The notes: a model not told the origin generated them from the letters alone. Shown: positions 1-14,301, counted from the stretch's first letter. The stretch: 64,000 nt of DNA from Clostridia bacterium (GCA_050951325.1 JBMNIW010000001.1:256001-320000), one strand, 5' to 3'. Program-made: numbers and translations.

Positions 1-1173
1 AAGAAAAAGGAGATTTTTAGTACAAAGAACGCATATCTACCTTTGGAGCATATTCCAGGAGAAGCACAAGTAGACTTTGGAAGTGCTGACTTTTATGAAA
101 ATGGGAAGCTATATAGCGGCAAGTACCTGAATCTGTCATTCCCGTATAGCAATAAAGGATATCTCCAGTTATTCAAGGGAGAAAACCAGGAATGCCTGTT
201 TGAGGGTTTGAAAACAATATTTGAGCATATAGGAGGTGTACCAACCAGGATATGGTTTGATAATACAAGCACTATTGTTACCAAGGTGATTAAGGGAGGA
301 GCTCGGAATCTGACAGATGACTTTTTGCGTTTTAAAGAACATTACCGTTTTGAGGCAGCCTTTTGCAATGTTGAGGCTGGTCATGAAAAAGGGAATGTTG
401 AAAACAAAGTAGGCTATCATAGACGCAACCTTCTTGTCCCTGTGCCGAAATTCCAGAGTCTGATAGACTTCAATAAAGAACTTCTGCAGAAGTGCGAGAG
501 TGATGCCAAAAGAGAACATTACCGAAAGGAAGGGACTATTGAAGATCTGTATAGAGCTGATTCTGAATCTCTTTTAGAGCTGCCGGCGACATCTTTTGAT
601 GCAAGCAAATACATAACGGTGAAAACCAACGGATATGCCAAGTTTGTGCTTAACAATGGCATGCATGAATATTCTGTAGCACCCAAATATGCAAATGAGC
701 ATGTATTGGTAAGGTTGACAGCCTTTAATGTAATAGTTCTTGACGAATGCTATCGTGAAATAGTGCGTCATGACAGACTTTATGGCGATAGCAAACAGCA
801 AAGTATGCAGTGGGTGCCATATCTTGAACAGTTGGCAAGGCGACCAGGTGCATTGAAGTATACAGGAGTATACCAAATGCTACCACAACCATTAAGTGAA
901 TATATGGAATGCTTAAACAAGAGGGATAGAGGGAATGTGCTAATGGTTATAGCAAGGCTGACACAAAAAGGTAGTTTTGAACAAGCTGTTGGTACTGTAT
1001 GTGCAGCATTGCAGCATGGTGTTACTGATGTAGACAGCCTTTTAAGTTTGCACCGACGACTTTATGAGAATATACCTCAGATTGAGCCTGTGCGACTTCC
1101 AGAGCATATTCCACAATTGATAAGATATGAACCTGATCTTACTGCTTATGATAAAAACTTAGGAGGGAGGTGA
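1..1173 (+). CDS. istA: IS21 transposase IstA (5' partial)
   Basis: DDE motifs QVDFG, WFDN, GHEKGNVENKVG; frame open from window start. Confidence 0.93.
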   Translation, partial: KKKEIFSTKNAYLPLEHIPGEAQVDFGSADFYENGKLYSGKYLNLSFPYSNKGYLQLFKGENQECLFEGLKTIFEHIGGVPTRIWFDNTSTIVTKVIKGGARNLTDDFLRFKEHYRFEAAFCNVEAGHEKGNVENKVGYHRRNLLVPVPKFQSLIDFNKELLQKCESDAKREHYRKEGTIEDLYRADSESLLELPATSFDASKYITVKTNGYAKFVLNNGMHEYSVAPKYANEHVLVRLTAFNVIVLDECYREIVRHDRLYGDSKQQSMQWVPYLEQLARRPGALKYTGVYQMLPQPLSEYMECLNKRDRGNVLMVIARLTQKGSFEQAVGTVCAALQHGVTDVDSLLSLHRRLYENIPQIEPVRLPEHIPQLIRYEPDLTAYDKNLGGR

Positions 1174-1904
1174 TAAATATGCTAACAGCTGATATTGCAG
1201 CATGTTGTAAGACTCTTCGTTTAAGTCGCAATATCGTGGATATGTCGGATAAGATTCAGGCGGACAGTCATCAGGAATATCTGCTTAAATTGCTTCAATC
1301 AGAAATCTCACATCGTGATATAGTGAGAAAGAATAAACGATTAAACAAAGCTGGGTTTTATACTATTAAGACATTTGAAAGCTTTAGGTTTGACGAAGTG
1401 ACACTTCCTAGTGGAATAACTCCTGAGTACCTGAGAGAGTGTGAGTTTATCAAAAACAAAACCAATATCGTCATGTATGGCAATGTTGGCACAGGCAAGA
1501 CACATCTTTCAATAGCATTGGGTGTTGAGGCCTGTAAAAGAGGGTTTGAGGTAGCTTTTTACAGGACAACTGCGCTTGTTAACAAGCTTGCAGAGCACAA
1601 GAAAGCTGGAACCTTATCCACTTTCCTTAAGAAACTAAGCAAAGCAGACCTACTGATCTGTGATGAGTGGGGATACGTCCCACTCGACCGGATTGGTGCG
1701 CAACTTCTCTTTGAGGTAATATCAGAGCGATACGAAAACAAGTCTGTAATTATTAATACCAACATTGAGTTTTCAAGGTGGGTAAACATACTTTACGACG
1801 AGCAAATGACAGGTGCAATAATAGATCGAATTCTACATCATTGTCACTTGCTTTTATTCTCTGGTCAAAGCCACAGGATGCGTGAAGCAAGACTTGGCCA
1901 TTGA
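1170..1904 (+). CDS. istB: IS21 helper ATPase IstB
   Basis: Walker A GNVGTGKT, Walker B LLICDEWGY, IIDRILHH. Confidence 0.95.
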   Translation: MINMLTADIAACCKTLRLSRNIVDMSDKIQADSHQEYLLKLLQSEISHRDIVRKNKRLNKAGFYTIKTFESFRFDEVTLPSGITPEYLRECEFIKNKTNIVMYGNVGTGKTHLSIALGVEACKRGFEVAFYRTTALVNKLAEHKKAGTLSTFLKKLSKADLLICDEWGYVPLDRIGAQLLFEVISERYENKSVIINTNIEFSRWVNILYDEQMTGAIIDRILHHCHLLLFSGQSHRMREARLGH

Positions 1905-2087
1905 AAACTTAGTAAAAAGGTTGCGGGGAAACCATAAAAATTCCCCACCCGGTGCCTGGGGAAAAATTTTTGCAAAACTGGGGAATTTACTATTGCAAAA
2001 AACACCTTGTTGAGCATATTGTCTTTGGTGCATTCCTTCATCTTCTTTTTGCTTTGTTTGCATGGAAAATAACTATGCCCTAAGGGA

Positions 2088-2115
2088 AAGAGCCCGGTAA
2101 TATTGCCGGGCTCTT
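2088..2115. terminator. Intrinsic terminator hairpin
   Basis: AAGAGCCCGG-taatattg-CCGGGCTCTT between convergent genes. Confidence 0.7.
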
Positions 2116-2148
2116 GTTCATTTATTGTTAATTTTTATTATTATAAAG

Positions 2149-2790
2149 TCAAAATTCATTTACCTTTGATGCTTTTACTGCTCCTAAAAACTCCCTAGGT
2201 ACTTGTGCAAACTGTAACTTTTGAAAGTCCTCCTTAAACATAAAGGACTTTAAAATGGGTAAGGATTCTTCCAAATCATTTTGTCTATATCCAATTGCTG
2301 GGTCTGTCAGTAAAGCAAATCCAAAATCTGAATACAATTTTATTGCTCGGAAACTAGATGGGTGTGTATGAAGAAAAACAGGATATTCATTCTCTGGAAT
2401 GCTTTTCATAACAATAGAAAGCAGTGCCCTTCCAATGCCCAATCCTTCGTATTCTTTCATAACTTTAAACCAATGTATCGTAGTGATTTTATCGTAGGCC
2501 TTCCATGCAAAACAGGTTCCGATAGGAGCATTGTTTTCATCACAAACAAATAAACACTTTTTAAAAAATAAATCTTCTTTGCTAGCATAGACATCATTGA
2601 AATACTTTGTCATAAAATCACTATATTGCTCAGCAGTCTTTTCATCATCAAAGGGCATCTTTTTCCATATATCTAATTCATCCCTTCTACAGGTTCTTAC
2701 ATAATATCCATCTGGCAACTCAGCAAGGGCACTTGTATTCAATTTTTTACACATCATAAATAGATTCTTATCGGGAATTTCTTTTTCCAT
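2149..2790 (-). CDS. GNAT family N-acetyltransferase
   Basis: Motif A EYEGLGIGRALL, motif B RAIKLYSDFGF; start MEKEIP after AAGGAG. Confidence 0.85.
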   Translation of the reverse strand: MEKEIPDKNLFMMCKKLNTSALAELPDGYYVRTCRRDELDIWKKMPFDDEKTAEQYSDFMTKYFNDVYASKEDLFFKKCLFVCDENNAPIGTCFAWKAYDKITTIHWFKVMKEYEGLGIGRALLSIVMKSIPENEYPVFLHTHPSSFRAIKLYSDFGFALLTDPAIGYRQNDLEESLPILKSFMFKEDFQKLQFAQVPREFLGAVKASKVNEF

Positions 2791-2844
2791 AACACAAACT
2801 CCTTTATAATGAGAACTAGTTTTAATAAACTGAACTTCAGCCAC

Positions 2845-3150
2845 TATTTAAAATTTGATGTTTCTTCCGCTACAATGTCCCGAGTAACGCCAAATTTGTC
2901 ATAAATGGCTGCATGAAATGTGCTTTAATATGTTTTAGTGGGTGGAAGCGAAATCTCAGCATTTTCATTCACCCATCAAATATTTTCTATGCTTCTGTAA
3001 AAATAGGTACTGCTGCAGTTAGCCTAACTATATTCCCCTTTTCTAAAATGTCAATTTCATCAGCAAACCAAAAAGTTATTCCGCAGATTTGCATTTCAGC
3101 ATATAAAATCCAGGTGCTTATATCAGATGGCGGAATCTTAATACCAGGAT
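2845..3150 (-). pseudogene. VOC/PhnB-like glyoxalase-fold protein remnant
   Basis: Manual translation ILYAEMQICGITFWFADE...HAAIYDKFGVTRDIV with internal stops/frameshift. Confidence 0.55.
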
Positions 3151-3427
3151 AAATTTAAAAATAAAACCGTTATTCTTTGATTATAATAATATATCTTTTT
3201 TATTTAAATGGACTTTACCATTATAGATTATATCTTGATAGATGTATTCATAGGAATATAATCCTCGAAATAATTAAGTATATCCTTCAACTTATAATTA
3301 GGTCTGGCAGATGCTATGTAAAAATAACCATTATTTTCATTTTCGATTACCATAACATTTTCAAAATTTTTATTGAAAAATATATTCCCCCAAGTATAAC
3401 GATTTTTAGTCGCACTATATCGTATCA

Positions 3428-3709
3428 TTATTTATTTTTTAGTTCTAAAAGTATAGGTGTTATATTTAGTACAATAGATATAATCGTCAAAATCCATAAC
3501 CACATTTCCATAGTAGGTACAACATCTAATAAAGCCGACCAATCTTTCACTTTTACCCACTTAGATACAAGGCTGTATTCTGAACAAAGTGTTAATGCTG
3601 TAAACGATAATCCTATTGCCATAGTAAGTTTATAATCTTTCCCTGTTTTATACATAAAAAGATTTATAAAAGTTGCTACTATAGCAATAACTCCTAATAT
3701 TAACCACAT
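3428..3709 (-). CDS. Small membrane protein (three hydrophobic segments)
   Basis: MWLILGVIAIVATFINL... hydrophobic helices; GGGG SD-like sequence before ATG 3709. Confidence 0.7.
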   Translation of the reverse strand: MWLILGVIAIVATFINLFMYKTGKDYKLTMAIGLSFTALTLCSEYSLVSKWVKVKDWSALLDVVPTMEMWLWILTIISIVLNITPILLELKNK

Positions 3710-3834
3710 AGTTATACCCCCATTATATTTTCCTTTAGTGTACATAATCCTACTTAAACGTCATGAATTTTCAATCTCAGCCTAATTTTCATATTATTAT
3801 ATCATTTCTTATCCTTAATAGAAGATGAAACTTC

Positions 3835-4300
3835 CTAAAAGGAGTGATTCAATAATACGCATACATAAGAAATAAGTTTTTTAAGCATATTTTCTTCAGG
3901 TTCAGGCTCAACAATCCCTGTTATTTCAAATCCTATTTTTATGAGACTATTTAAGTATATAGTAAGTGCTCTGTGATATTTAATAACTTCCTCTCCTAAA
4001 AATTTAGCATTACGAATACCTTCCGTAAAATAATGGTCAACTGGCCAATGCAGAATATTACCCTTATCATCATAATACCAATCTTGAGGGTCTTGTGCTG
4101 TAAAAATGGGATGCTCTACAGAAAATACAAAATCTCCACCTCTTGAAAGGCATTTATATACTTTATCTAAAACATCCCCAAAGGATTTAATATAATGAAG
4201 CACCAGGGAACTGATAACAACCTCAAAGGATTCCTCAGGAAAATCTATATCTTCGATTGGCATACAGATATACTCGATATTCTCGTATTTTGTTTTGTTT
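3835..4300 (-). pseudogene. Class I SAM-dependent methyltransferase fragment
   Basis: ESFEVVISSLVLHYI...LSRGGDFVFSVEHP present; N-terminal SAM-binding motif absent and C-terminus aberrant. Confidence 0.75.
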
Positions 4301-4362
4301 CATTGTAATCATCCCTTGCATATTTTCCCAATTTTCTTGCAATTAAGTTTCTTGTTTTAAAC

Positions 4363-5416
4363 TCAAGACTTGTATAATCCATTTAATAGTTTTAAGAATT
4401 CCGGGTTATCTCTTAAAAATGCTAATTCTTCATCCTCTTTCACTTCTTTAATCAAAGCAGACAAGAATAATCCTTCCAAGGACGAATCATCCTCTTTTGT
4501 TTTGATGTGCCTATATAATGGTGAACTATTGATATCCCACTTATTGGACATTGCTGTAAGCATAGATTTTAATAATTGAACACATTGAGTTGCATCTTGC
4601 TTAAATACAGCCAGTTCGAAATAAGCCACATAGGAGTCATAATCCCATAAATCATATAACTTGGCTGTTTTATGAGAAATATCTGCAATATATTCTGCTT
4701 CCTCTATTTTATTTTCCTTAAGATGAATTTCCATTAGTTTTAATAGAATTGTTTGGATTTCTTTAACTTCCTCAATTAGTTTCTTTTCTAAAATCTCTAA
4801 TGCTTGGTAATATTTCTTTTGTCTTATATAAAGATTTACTTGTAACTGTCTTTTGTCAAGTGAATGTTCAGGCAGAACATCTATTAGTTCTTGTACTTTA
4901 TCATATTCCTGTCGTTCTATTCGTTTTGAAATCAACTTTGATAATACATGGTTACGAATATCTGTATCTTTGCTATTGGCAATGCGTTCATACATCCTTT
5001 CTATCTGTTCATAATATTTTGCGTTTTCTCCATCATCAAACATAGACAATGAGCCTTCCAATAACATTGCAACCGTATAAATTAATTTATCACAACATGG
5101 ATATTCTTGTATTTTTTTCATTGCCATTTTATAACCGAACTCAAACCCTTTTTTTCTGTATTGCAGTAGCCAAATCATTAGCAAAATTACCTATTTCATT
5201 ATCTGTTAAATCTTCTTTAAATGATAGTAATGTATTTAAATCTGTCTTAAGTAATCTAGCCAAAGCAGGTAGTAATGTAATATCTGGGTAAGACACTCCT
5301 TTTTCCCACTTGTTTACTGCTGGAGTAGAAACCCCTAAATACTTTGCAACATTCTCTTGAGTTAAGTTTTGTTCTTGGCGTTTTTTCTTTATTATCTCAT
5401 TTATCTTCATAGCCAA
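4363..5416 (-). pseudogene. XRE-family HTH regulator with helical (TPR-like) C-terminus, frameshifted
   Basis: HTH LTQENVAKYLGVSTPAVNKWEKG in 5141..5416; remainder in +1 frame 4363..5184; switch at A7 run 5149-5155. Confidence 0.8.
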
Positions 5417-5786
5417 TCACCTCATACTTCTTTAATAGTCTTTTGATATTTTAATTATATTGGAACCAGACACCCTAGGCAATTGACCGTTTGTTAATCT
5501 TTGTTCAAAAAAGTTTATCTGTAGTTAATTATCTTGTATAACTTATAATATCTTAGACAAATTTGAATTTGTCTGCGACTAAATTTCGGGTAGGTTACAC
5601 TAAAATGGTAGGTTGCCTCTGGCTTTGTAAAGGGTGAGTGCAACGAGTTCATCTCACTTAGATAAGCAAATAAAACAGTCACCAATTTGAACATCACGGA
5701 TACAGTTTTTTAGTATAGTTGACCATGTTATCCTTATGGATAAGTCCAATTGTCTTTACATTTTCCCCTATTAGACCTTTGTAAAG

Positions 5787-5819
5787 TGCTAAAATCTTGC
5801 TAAAAATTTGCTAAAAAAT
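5787..5819 (+). repeat. Three tandem 11-bp repeats TGCTAAAA(N3)
   Basis: tgctaaaatct-tgctaaaaatt-tgctaaaaaat seen directly; resembles integrase arm-type sites. Confidence 0.6.
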
Positions 5820-5925
5820 GATTCTGGACAGACTAAAATTGAAAGGAATTAGATGAGATACTAATGTAGCACAAACCCTGATATATCAAGGTTTTTAGGG
5901 AATATCCACAATAAAATGATATGGC

Positions 5926-7230
5926 CTAAAATGCCTCTGGCACGACTGAAAACATAGAGTAGAGTTCCTTCTTGTCAAACTCTCCAATAGGTATCCCATT
6001 TATTAAAATCTCACCTTCTGTAACGTCAAAAAGACCAGTTATCAGTTTTACCAAGGTACTCTTGCCCGCTCCATTTATACCAACAACCGCCAGTTTTTCA
6101 CCTTTTCGAATCTTTAGATTGAGATTCTTGAATATGTAATTGTCGGTATTGGGATATTTAAAGCTTACATTTCTAAGCTCTATTTCAAGAGTGTTTTCGA
6201 CAACAGCCTTCCTTTCTCCACCTTTAACTCCCAGATCCTTGTCCATAAACTCATAAAAATCATGAACATACTGTCCCTCGTTTATAATAAAGGAGGTGTT
6301 GTCAATGAGGGTTTTCAGCATCATTGACAGGCTGACTATTGCGGACAAATACATCAAAAAGTCCGCTATGGGCATGCCATTCAAAGCCTTTACAACCAGT
6401 ATTCCATAAGTAGCCGCATCACTTATCAAAAGAGCTGCCAGACCTGCAAATCCAATCAGGAACTCCTTGTTCCTAATAATTCTGTGAATACCTATGTACG
6501 CCTTTATTTCATCATCATAGTTTCTCAGTATTCTATCCTTTAGATTATGTATCCTTATGTCTTTACCAAAACCAAAGTCATGGGTTGTGTTGTAATAGTA
6601 GCGGTTTCTTCTTTCCGCATGAGAAAGCTCTTTCCTCTTCTCATAATGGTAGTTGTGTACTTTTCTGTTTATCCACATTACACAAAATACATTCAGGATG
6701 TGGGCAAGAAGCACAAATATGTTCAGCCCCCCAATAAACACAACAAGAACAATGGAAGTCAATAGCACTGCAAAGCTTTCAAACAGTTTGTGGTATACAC
6801 CTTCTATACCGTTGTTGTTCGAACTTACAGCTTCAAAGGCCTTGTTGTTAACTTCGAAGAAGGACGCATCCTCCATGTATTTGTAATCCACACTAAGAAG
6901 CTTGTCATACATGTCCCGGATATAGTCGATACGGAGTCTTGTAATACGTGGATATGCATAGTCATGAGAATAGGCTTTTACAAATCCAAATATGGCAGTC
7001 AGGACAAAGTACATTGAAACAATCAAAATAATATTCCGTACCTTTGCACTTCCGCCCATGGAAAGCTCTTCAATCAGGAACTTCGGAAGCATGATTGCAA
7101 ACAATGGATAAACAGCGGCAGTTATTGTGTAAATGGTAAAGTACACAAATATTGTTCTGTTTTGTGCGTGCATGTTCTTTATTAGTCCTTTTATCACCTT
7201 ATGTATTGGATACGCTACAAATTTCTTCAC
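5926..7230 (-). pseudogene. ABC exporter permease/ATPase, 3'-truncated
   Basis: TM domain plus Walker A GINGAGKST; stops at FSVVPEAF before Q-loop, signature and Walker B. Confidence 0.85.
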
Positions 7231-8324
7231 AGAATTTCCTCCTTGTTTTGGTTTTCCATGGCCAGGTCAACAATCTTGTATCCTATGCTGCCAAGCCTGT
7301 TTGTATTTAGTTGATAATATACCCTTCTTGCACTCTCATCCCCTACCGTGATAGACACAATCTCCGACTGCATAAGGATATCCATGTGATGGGACACGGT
7401 TGCAGGTGTAAGGTTAACGTTATCGGCAATTTCCTTCATGTACATGTCCTTTTCCTTAAGCAACCTAATAATCTTAATTCTTGTTGGATCGCTTAAAGCT
7501 TTTAAAGCGCTTACCATGCTCTCGTCACTTACCTTGTTCTTCTCTCTCATGTCATATAGCTTGAGAAAATACATGCCCAGAATAAAAAACTCCACATCGC
7601 TTTTCAGCTCCACCCTCAAGCTGTTAAAGCCAAAGACGGATACATAGATATTGGATTTCTGCCTGCATGTATTTTTCAAATTTACAAAAGAATCAAAGAT
7701 GTCAAACACATCAGGTACCTCATTCAGAAGACTCCATGCATCCATGTAGTCGTCTTCGATAATGTGGAAATGTCTTTTACATGCAGGAACACACTTATCA
7801 ACAAGCTCCCACATTCCTCTGACATTTTCATATCTTTTGTTGTACAACTTTATAAGTTTCACCTTCAGTGAGTCATCAATGCTTTTGTCCACCAGGTTTG
7901 TGACAAGACTCTGCAAATCCTCTATCTCAACATCCTTGTCCTTGCCGGCATGGTCGTATTCAAGGAATATATCGGTAATGTATTCCTTTACCACATCGTC
8001 AATATCCTCATCTGTCAAATCATTCTTGGCACCCATAAGTGTAACCAAACCAAGAGCAATACCTCCCTTGGGTTCGGACATGTTTTCAATAGGCTCAAAA
8101 AGCCAATGATACGACGGATTACTGTCATACAAAGGCAGTATATCCTCAAGGACAGCCTTTTTGTACAGTTTATACTTTTCAAAGAAAGATTCCATCTTTT
8201 CCTTGGTCATTCCAAACTTTGTGTGGTTTGCGATTACCTTTTCCTCAGCTTCCATGTAGTATTCACATAAACAGGAAACCACTTCATATGCCCAAAATGG
8301 TGATTTGTGTATTGCATAGTTCAT
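7227..8324 (-). CDS. ArsR/SmtB-family regulator with long N-terminal domain
   Basis: C-terminal LKALSDPTRIKIIRLL...LTPATVSHHM; GGAGG before ATG 8324; overlaps ABC gene start. Confidence 0.85.
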   Translation of the reverse strand: MNYAIHKSPFWAYEVVSCLCEYYMEAEEKVIANHTKFGMTKEKMESFFEKYKLYKKAVLEDILPLYDSNPSYHWLFEPIENMSEPKGGIALGLVTLMGAKNDLTDEDIDDVVKEYITDIFLEYDHAGKDKDVEIEDLQSLVTNLVDKSIDDSLKVKLIKLYNKRYENVRGMWELVDKCVPACKRHFHIIEDDYMDAWSLLNEVPDVFDIFDSFVNLKNTCRQKSNIYVSVFGFNSLRVELKSDVEFFILGMYFLKLYDMREKNKVSDESMVSALKALSDPTRIKIIRLLKEKDMYMKEIADNVNLTPATVSHHMDILMQSEIVSITVGDESARRVYYQLNTNRLGSIGYKIVDLAMENQNKEEIL

Positions 8325-8478
8325 AGAAAACCCTCCTTCATGAAAACAAAGGTACTTTACAATCATGTTAGATGTTTGTCAATATTGTTATACTCTTATC
8401 TAATGTAATTTTTTCTTGCCACGTACAAAAACTCATTCAGCATAATCGGTAACAGGTAAATTATGGAGGTTGTGCATA

Positions 8479-9258
8479 ATGAAAAGACTTGTACCATTCC
8501 TGATTTATACTTGTATTGCTTTTTAAGTGGATGCTTCAATGGCGGCAATATTGAACCTACGGAAACACCCAAAGAGGAGAAAAAAGTATTAACCCTTGAA
8601 GAGGTTCTGGATATTCTGAACGGCAAATCCGATATTTTTCTCAAAAGAGATGCTGAATTCACCGCAACCATCAACAGAAACATTTCAGAAAAGATTACTG
8701 GTGCATGGCATAGAACAGAGTATGAAAATTATAGAACAACAATAAGCATCAAAACAGACAACGGCAAACTTGCAGCAAAGGTGGAAACAAAGCATCCTGC
8801 AACAGGAATCAGCGATACATATTATGTTGATGGATATGCGTATAGCGAACAGACCAAAAACAAGAGGAAATTTGATTATGAGAAGTTTCTAGAAGATTCC
8901 GGATTTTATGAAGACGAACCTTTTGTCACAGCAGAGGATATAAAAGAATTCTCATACAACGATTATTACTACATTCCGGTATTTACAGATGAATATGTAC
9001 AAAGCAAGTTGGAAGTCGAGGGAGATTATGATCTGGATATAAGTCACACTCTCAGACTTGCCATTTACGAGGAAAAGCTCAAGGAAATAGTACAAACCCT
9101 CAATGTCGAAGGAGATATAACGGACAGCAATGGGATTTACAATCAACTATAAATATAGGATGGACTACAGTCTTGAGTTTCGAGACCTTGTCGATTTCAA
9201 ACTTCCAAACCTGGATGAGTTCCATGAAGAAATACACGCACCGATAACAGAGGACTGA
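8479..9258 (+). pseudogene. Lipoprotein of unknown function, frameshifted at both ends
   Basis: GGAGG + MKRLVPFLI out of frame with lipobox LSGC; tail DYSLEFRDLVDFKLPNLDEF in another frame after 9150. Confidence 0.6.
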
Positions 9259-9343
9259 AAAGAAAGATTGCTGCATCGTCTTGTAATTCTAATATGGTAA
9301 ATATATAATTGATATACATTTCGCACAGAACAGGTGATACATA

Positions 9344-10273
9344 ATGACAATTTTAAAAAAGACAATAATACTAATTTCGACTCTTTTACTTGCAGCATTA
9401 ATCTCCTGCAGTACTCAAAAACATACCACTCTTTACCAACTGCCAACACAAACCCCTCAGCAGATGATGTCGTATGTAATAATTACAAAAGACGGTCACT
9501 GCATTGTAATTGATGGTGGAAACAAGGGAGATGCTGATTATCTTCTGAAGTTTATTAAAGAAAAGACCAATATGAAAAAGCCGGTAATTGATGCCTGGAT
9601 CTTTTCCCATGTGCACTCAGACCATGTCAGTACATTCATTGCACTTGCCAATCTCAAACGAGACGAGTTTACCGTAAAGAAAATATATTACAACTTCCCC
9701 AGTGCTGAGTTCATATCGAAGTATGACTATACTGATACCACCGTACTGACAATGAGTGATTTTTATGCTGCTGTTGATAAACTCGAAGGAACAGAAGTAA
9801 TTATTCCACAGAACAACGACAAGTTTACCATAGGAGATGTGGAAGTTGAAATACTAATGGTTCAGGACGAAGAAGCAGACTTTATGAAAAACTCCAATGT
9901 GGTTAACAACAGCTCCATGATTTTCAGGTTGACTGTAGAAAACCAGACGGTTCTCTTCCTTGGTGATTCTGGTGTGGAGCAAGGAAACGAGCTTTTAAAA
10001 ATGCACGGAGACAATTTAAAAAGCGACATGGTCCAAATGTCGCACCACGGACAAAATGGCGTAAGCAAGGAAGTTTACGAAGCCATCAATCCCAGCGCAT
10101 GTTTATGGCCTACACCCAAATGGCTGTATGAAAACGATAGTGGCGGCGGGTACAACTCAGGTCCATGGAAGACCCTTGAAGTCAGAGAATGGATGGAGGA
10201 ATTGGGTGTCAAACACCACTACGTCGACATGGACGGTTTGCATGAAATAAGGTTTCCGTTTAAGTTTGATTGA
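9344..10273 (+). CDS. Metallo-beta-lactamase-fold (ComEC/Rec2-like) lipoprotein
   Basis: Lipobox LISC; IDGG, SHVHSDH, FLGD, SHHG motifs. Confidence 0.85.
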   Translation: MTILKKTIILISTLLLAALISCSTQKHTTLYQLPTQTPQQMMSYVIITKDGHCIVIDGGNKGDADYLLKFIKEKTNMKKPVIDAWIFSHVHSDHVSTFIALANLKRDEFTVKKIYYNFPSAEFISKYDYTDTTVLTMSDFYAAVDKLEGTEVIIPQNNDKFTIGDVEVEILMVQDEEADFMKNSNVVNNSSMIFRLTVENQTVLFLGDSGVEQGNELLKMHGDNLKSDMVQMSHHGQNGVSKEVYEAINPSACLWPTPKWLYENDSGGGYNSGPWKTLEVREWMEELGVKHHYVDMDGLHEIRFPFKFD

Positions 10274-10275
10274 TG

Positions 10276-10306
10276 CAAAAAGAGCTGCGTTTTCGCAGCT
10301 CTTTTT
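10276..10306. terminator. Bidirectional intrinsic terminator
   Basis: AAAAAGAGCTGCG-tttt-CGCAGCTCTTTTT. Confidence 0.8.
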
Positions 10307-10307
10307 C

Positions 10308-13355
<3,048 letters not shown>

Positions 13356-14204
13356 TTACAACATGCTTTGTCTTCTATATTCAGAAGGCGTCAATCTAGA
13401 ATATTTCTTGAATGTTCGACTGAAATAGAGTTGATCTGAGAAACCTACCATTTCCGCAATTTCCTTAATACTCATGGAAGTATTGGAAAGGAGGTGCTTT
13501 GCATTTTTCATGCGCACCTGAATTTTATACGCATAGGGAGTCATGCCGGTGTGTTTTTTAAAACATCTGATAAAATAGTATTTGTCCAGATGACACATCT
13601 CAGCATAATCTTCAATGGTCTTGTTATTTGCATAGTTTTTGTTAATATCATCAATGACCGGCTGAAGCATAGTGGAATAACTGGAGAACAACTCATCCCT
13701 ATACTCGATTATTCTCCTTTTAACAAGAGATACAAGGGTAAGAAAAAATGCATTTAATAGAGAGTTGTATGCTGGCTTTCTGTATTTAATCTCATTTATC
13801 AAATTATTAAACATTTCCGTTATTTCAACACAGATACCAACATGATATACAACACCAGAGGTAAGATTGTTTTCTCTTAGCAAATCTTCAACTGCACTAC
13901 CCGTAAAATGAACCCAATATACAAGGGTGTCCATACCTCCCACATATACATAATTATGAGGTTCATAAGGCTTAAACAAAAACACCTCACCAGCATTTAC
14001 CTCAATTTCTTCATTATTATGATAAAACAGACCTTTGCCTCTCCAAAAATAAATAAGTTGATAATCTTTTCTGCCTTTTGGTCTTATGGTTGTCATGTCC
14101 TTTTCCCCTATTTCATAACAACCACTACAATTTATATATAAATAATCATCCGATACATAATCCAGCTCTTCCCAATTATTCTCATTATACACTTGCACAA
14201 ACAT
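13356..14204 (-). CDS. AraC-family transcriptional regulator
   Basis: Cupin-like N-terminus; C-terminal IAEMVGFSDQLYFSRTFKK...TPSEYR. Confidence 0.93.
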   Translation of the reverse strand: MFVQVYNENNWEELDYVSDDYLYINCSGCYEIGEKDMTTIRPKGRKDYQLIYFWRGKGLFYHNNEEIEVNAGEVFLFKPYEPHNYVYVGGMDTLVYWVHFTGSAVEDLLRENNLTSGVVYHVGICVEITEMFNNLINEIKYRKPAYNSLLNAFFLTLVSLVKRRIIEYRDELFSSYSTMLQPVIDDINKNYANNKTIEDYAEMCHLDKYYFIRCFKKHTGMTPYAYKIQVRMKNAKHLLSNTSMSIKEIAEMVGFSDQLYFSRTFKKYSRLTPSEYRRQSML

Positions 14205-14301
14205 ATACGTCCTCTCCTACATAGCAGATACCATTACGTTTATTATACAATTTGTCAGCCAAAAGATAAAGGCTGCCATACAAGCAGCCATCTAAATGCA
14301 A

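Larger units (their letters stand above)
1..2004 (+). mobile_element. IS21-family insertion sequence (left end outside window)
   Basis: istA-istB pair overlapping by 4 nt; right end with repeated GGGGAA motifs ending ...GGGAATTTACTATTGCAAAAAACA (terminal CA at 2004). Confidence 0.9.

Noticed and set aside
3228-3428. 66-aa ORF coupled to the membrane protein gene
   Set aside because: No recognisable motif; lies among decayed genes; cannot support a call
3177-3635. 152-aa plus-strand ORF and other antisense ORFs in the track (e.g. 15739..16476, 58454..59056)
   Set aside because: Shadow frames opposite well-supported genes; no RBS or motifs
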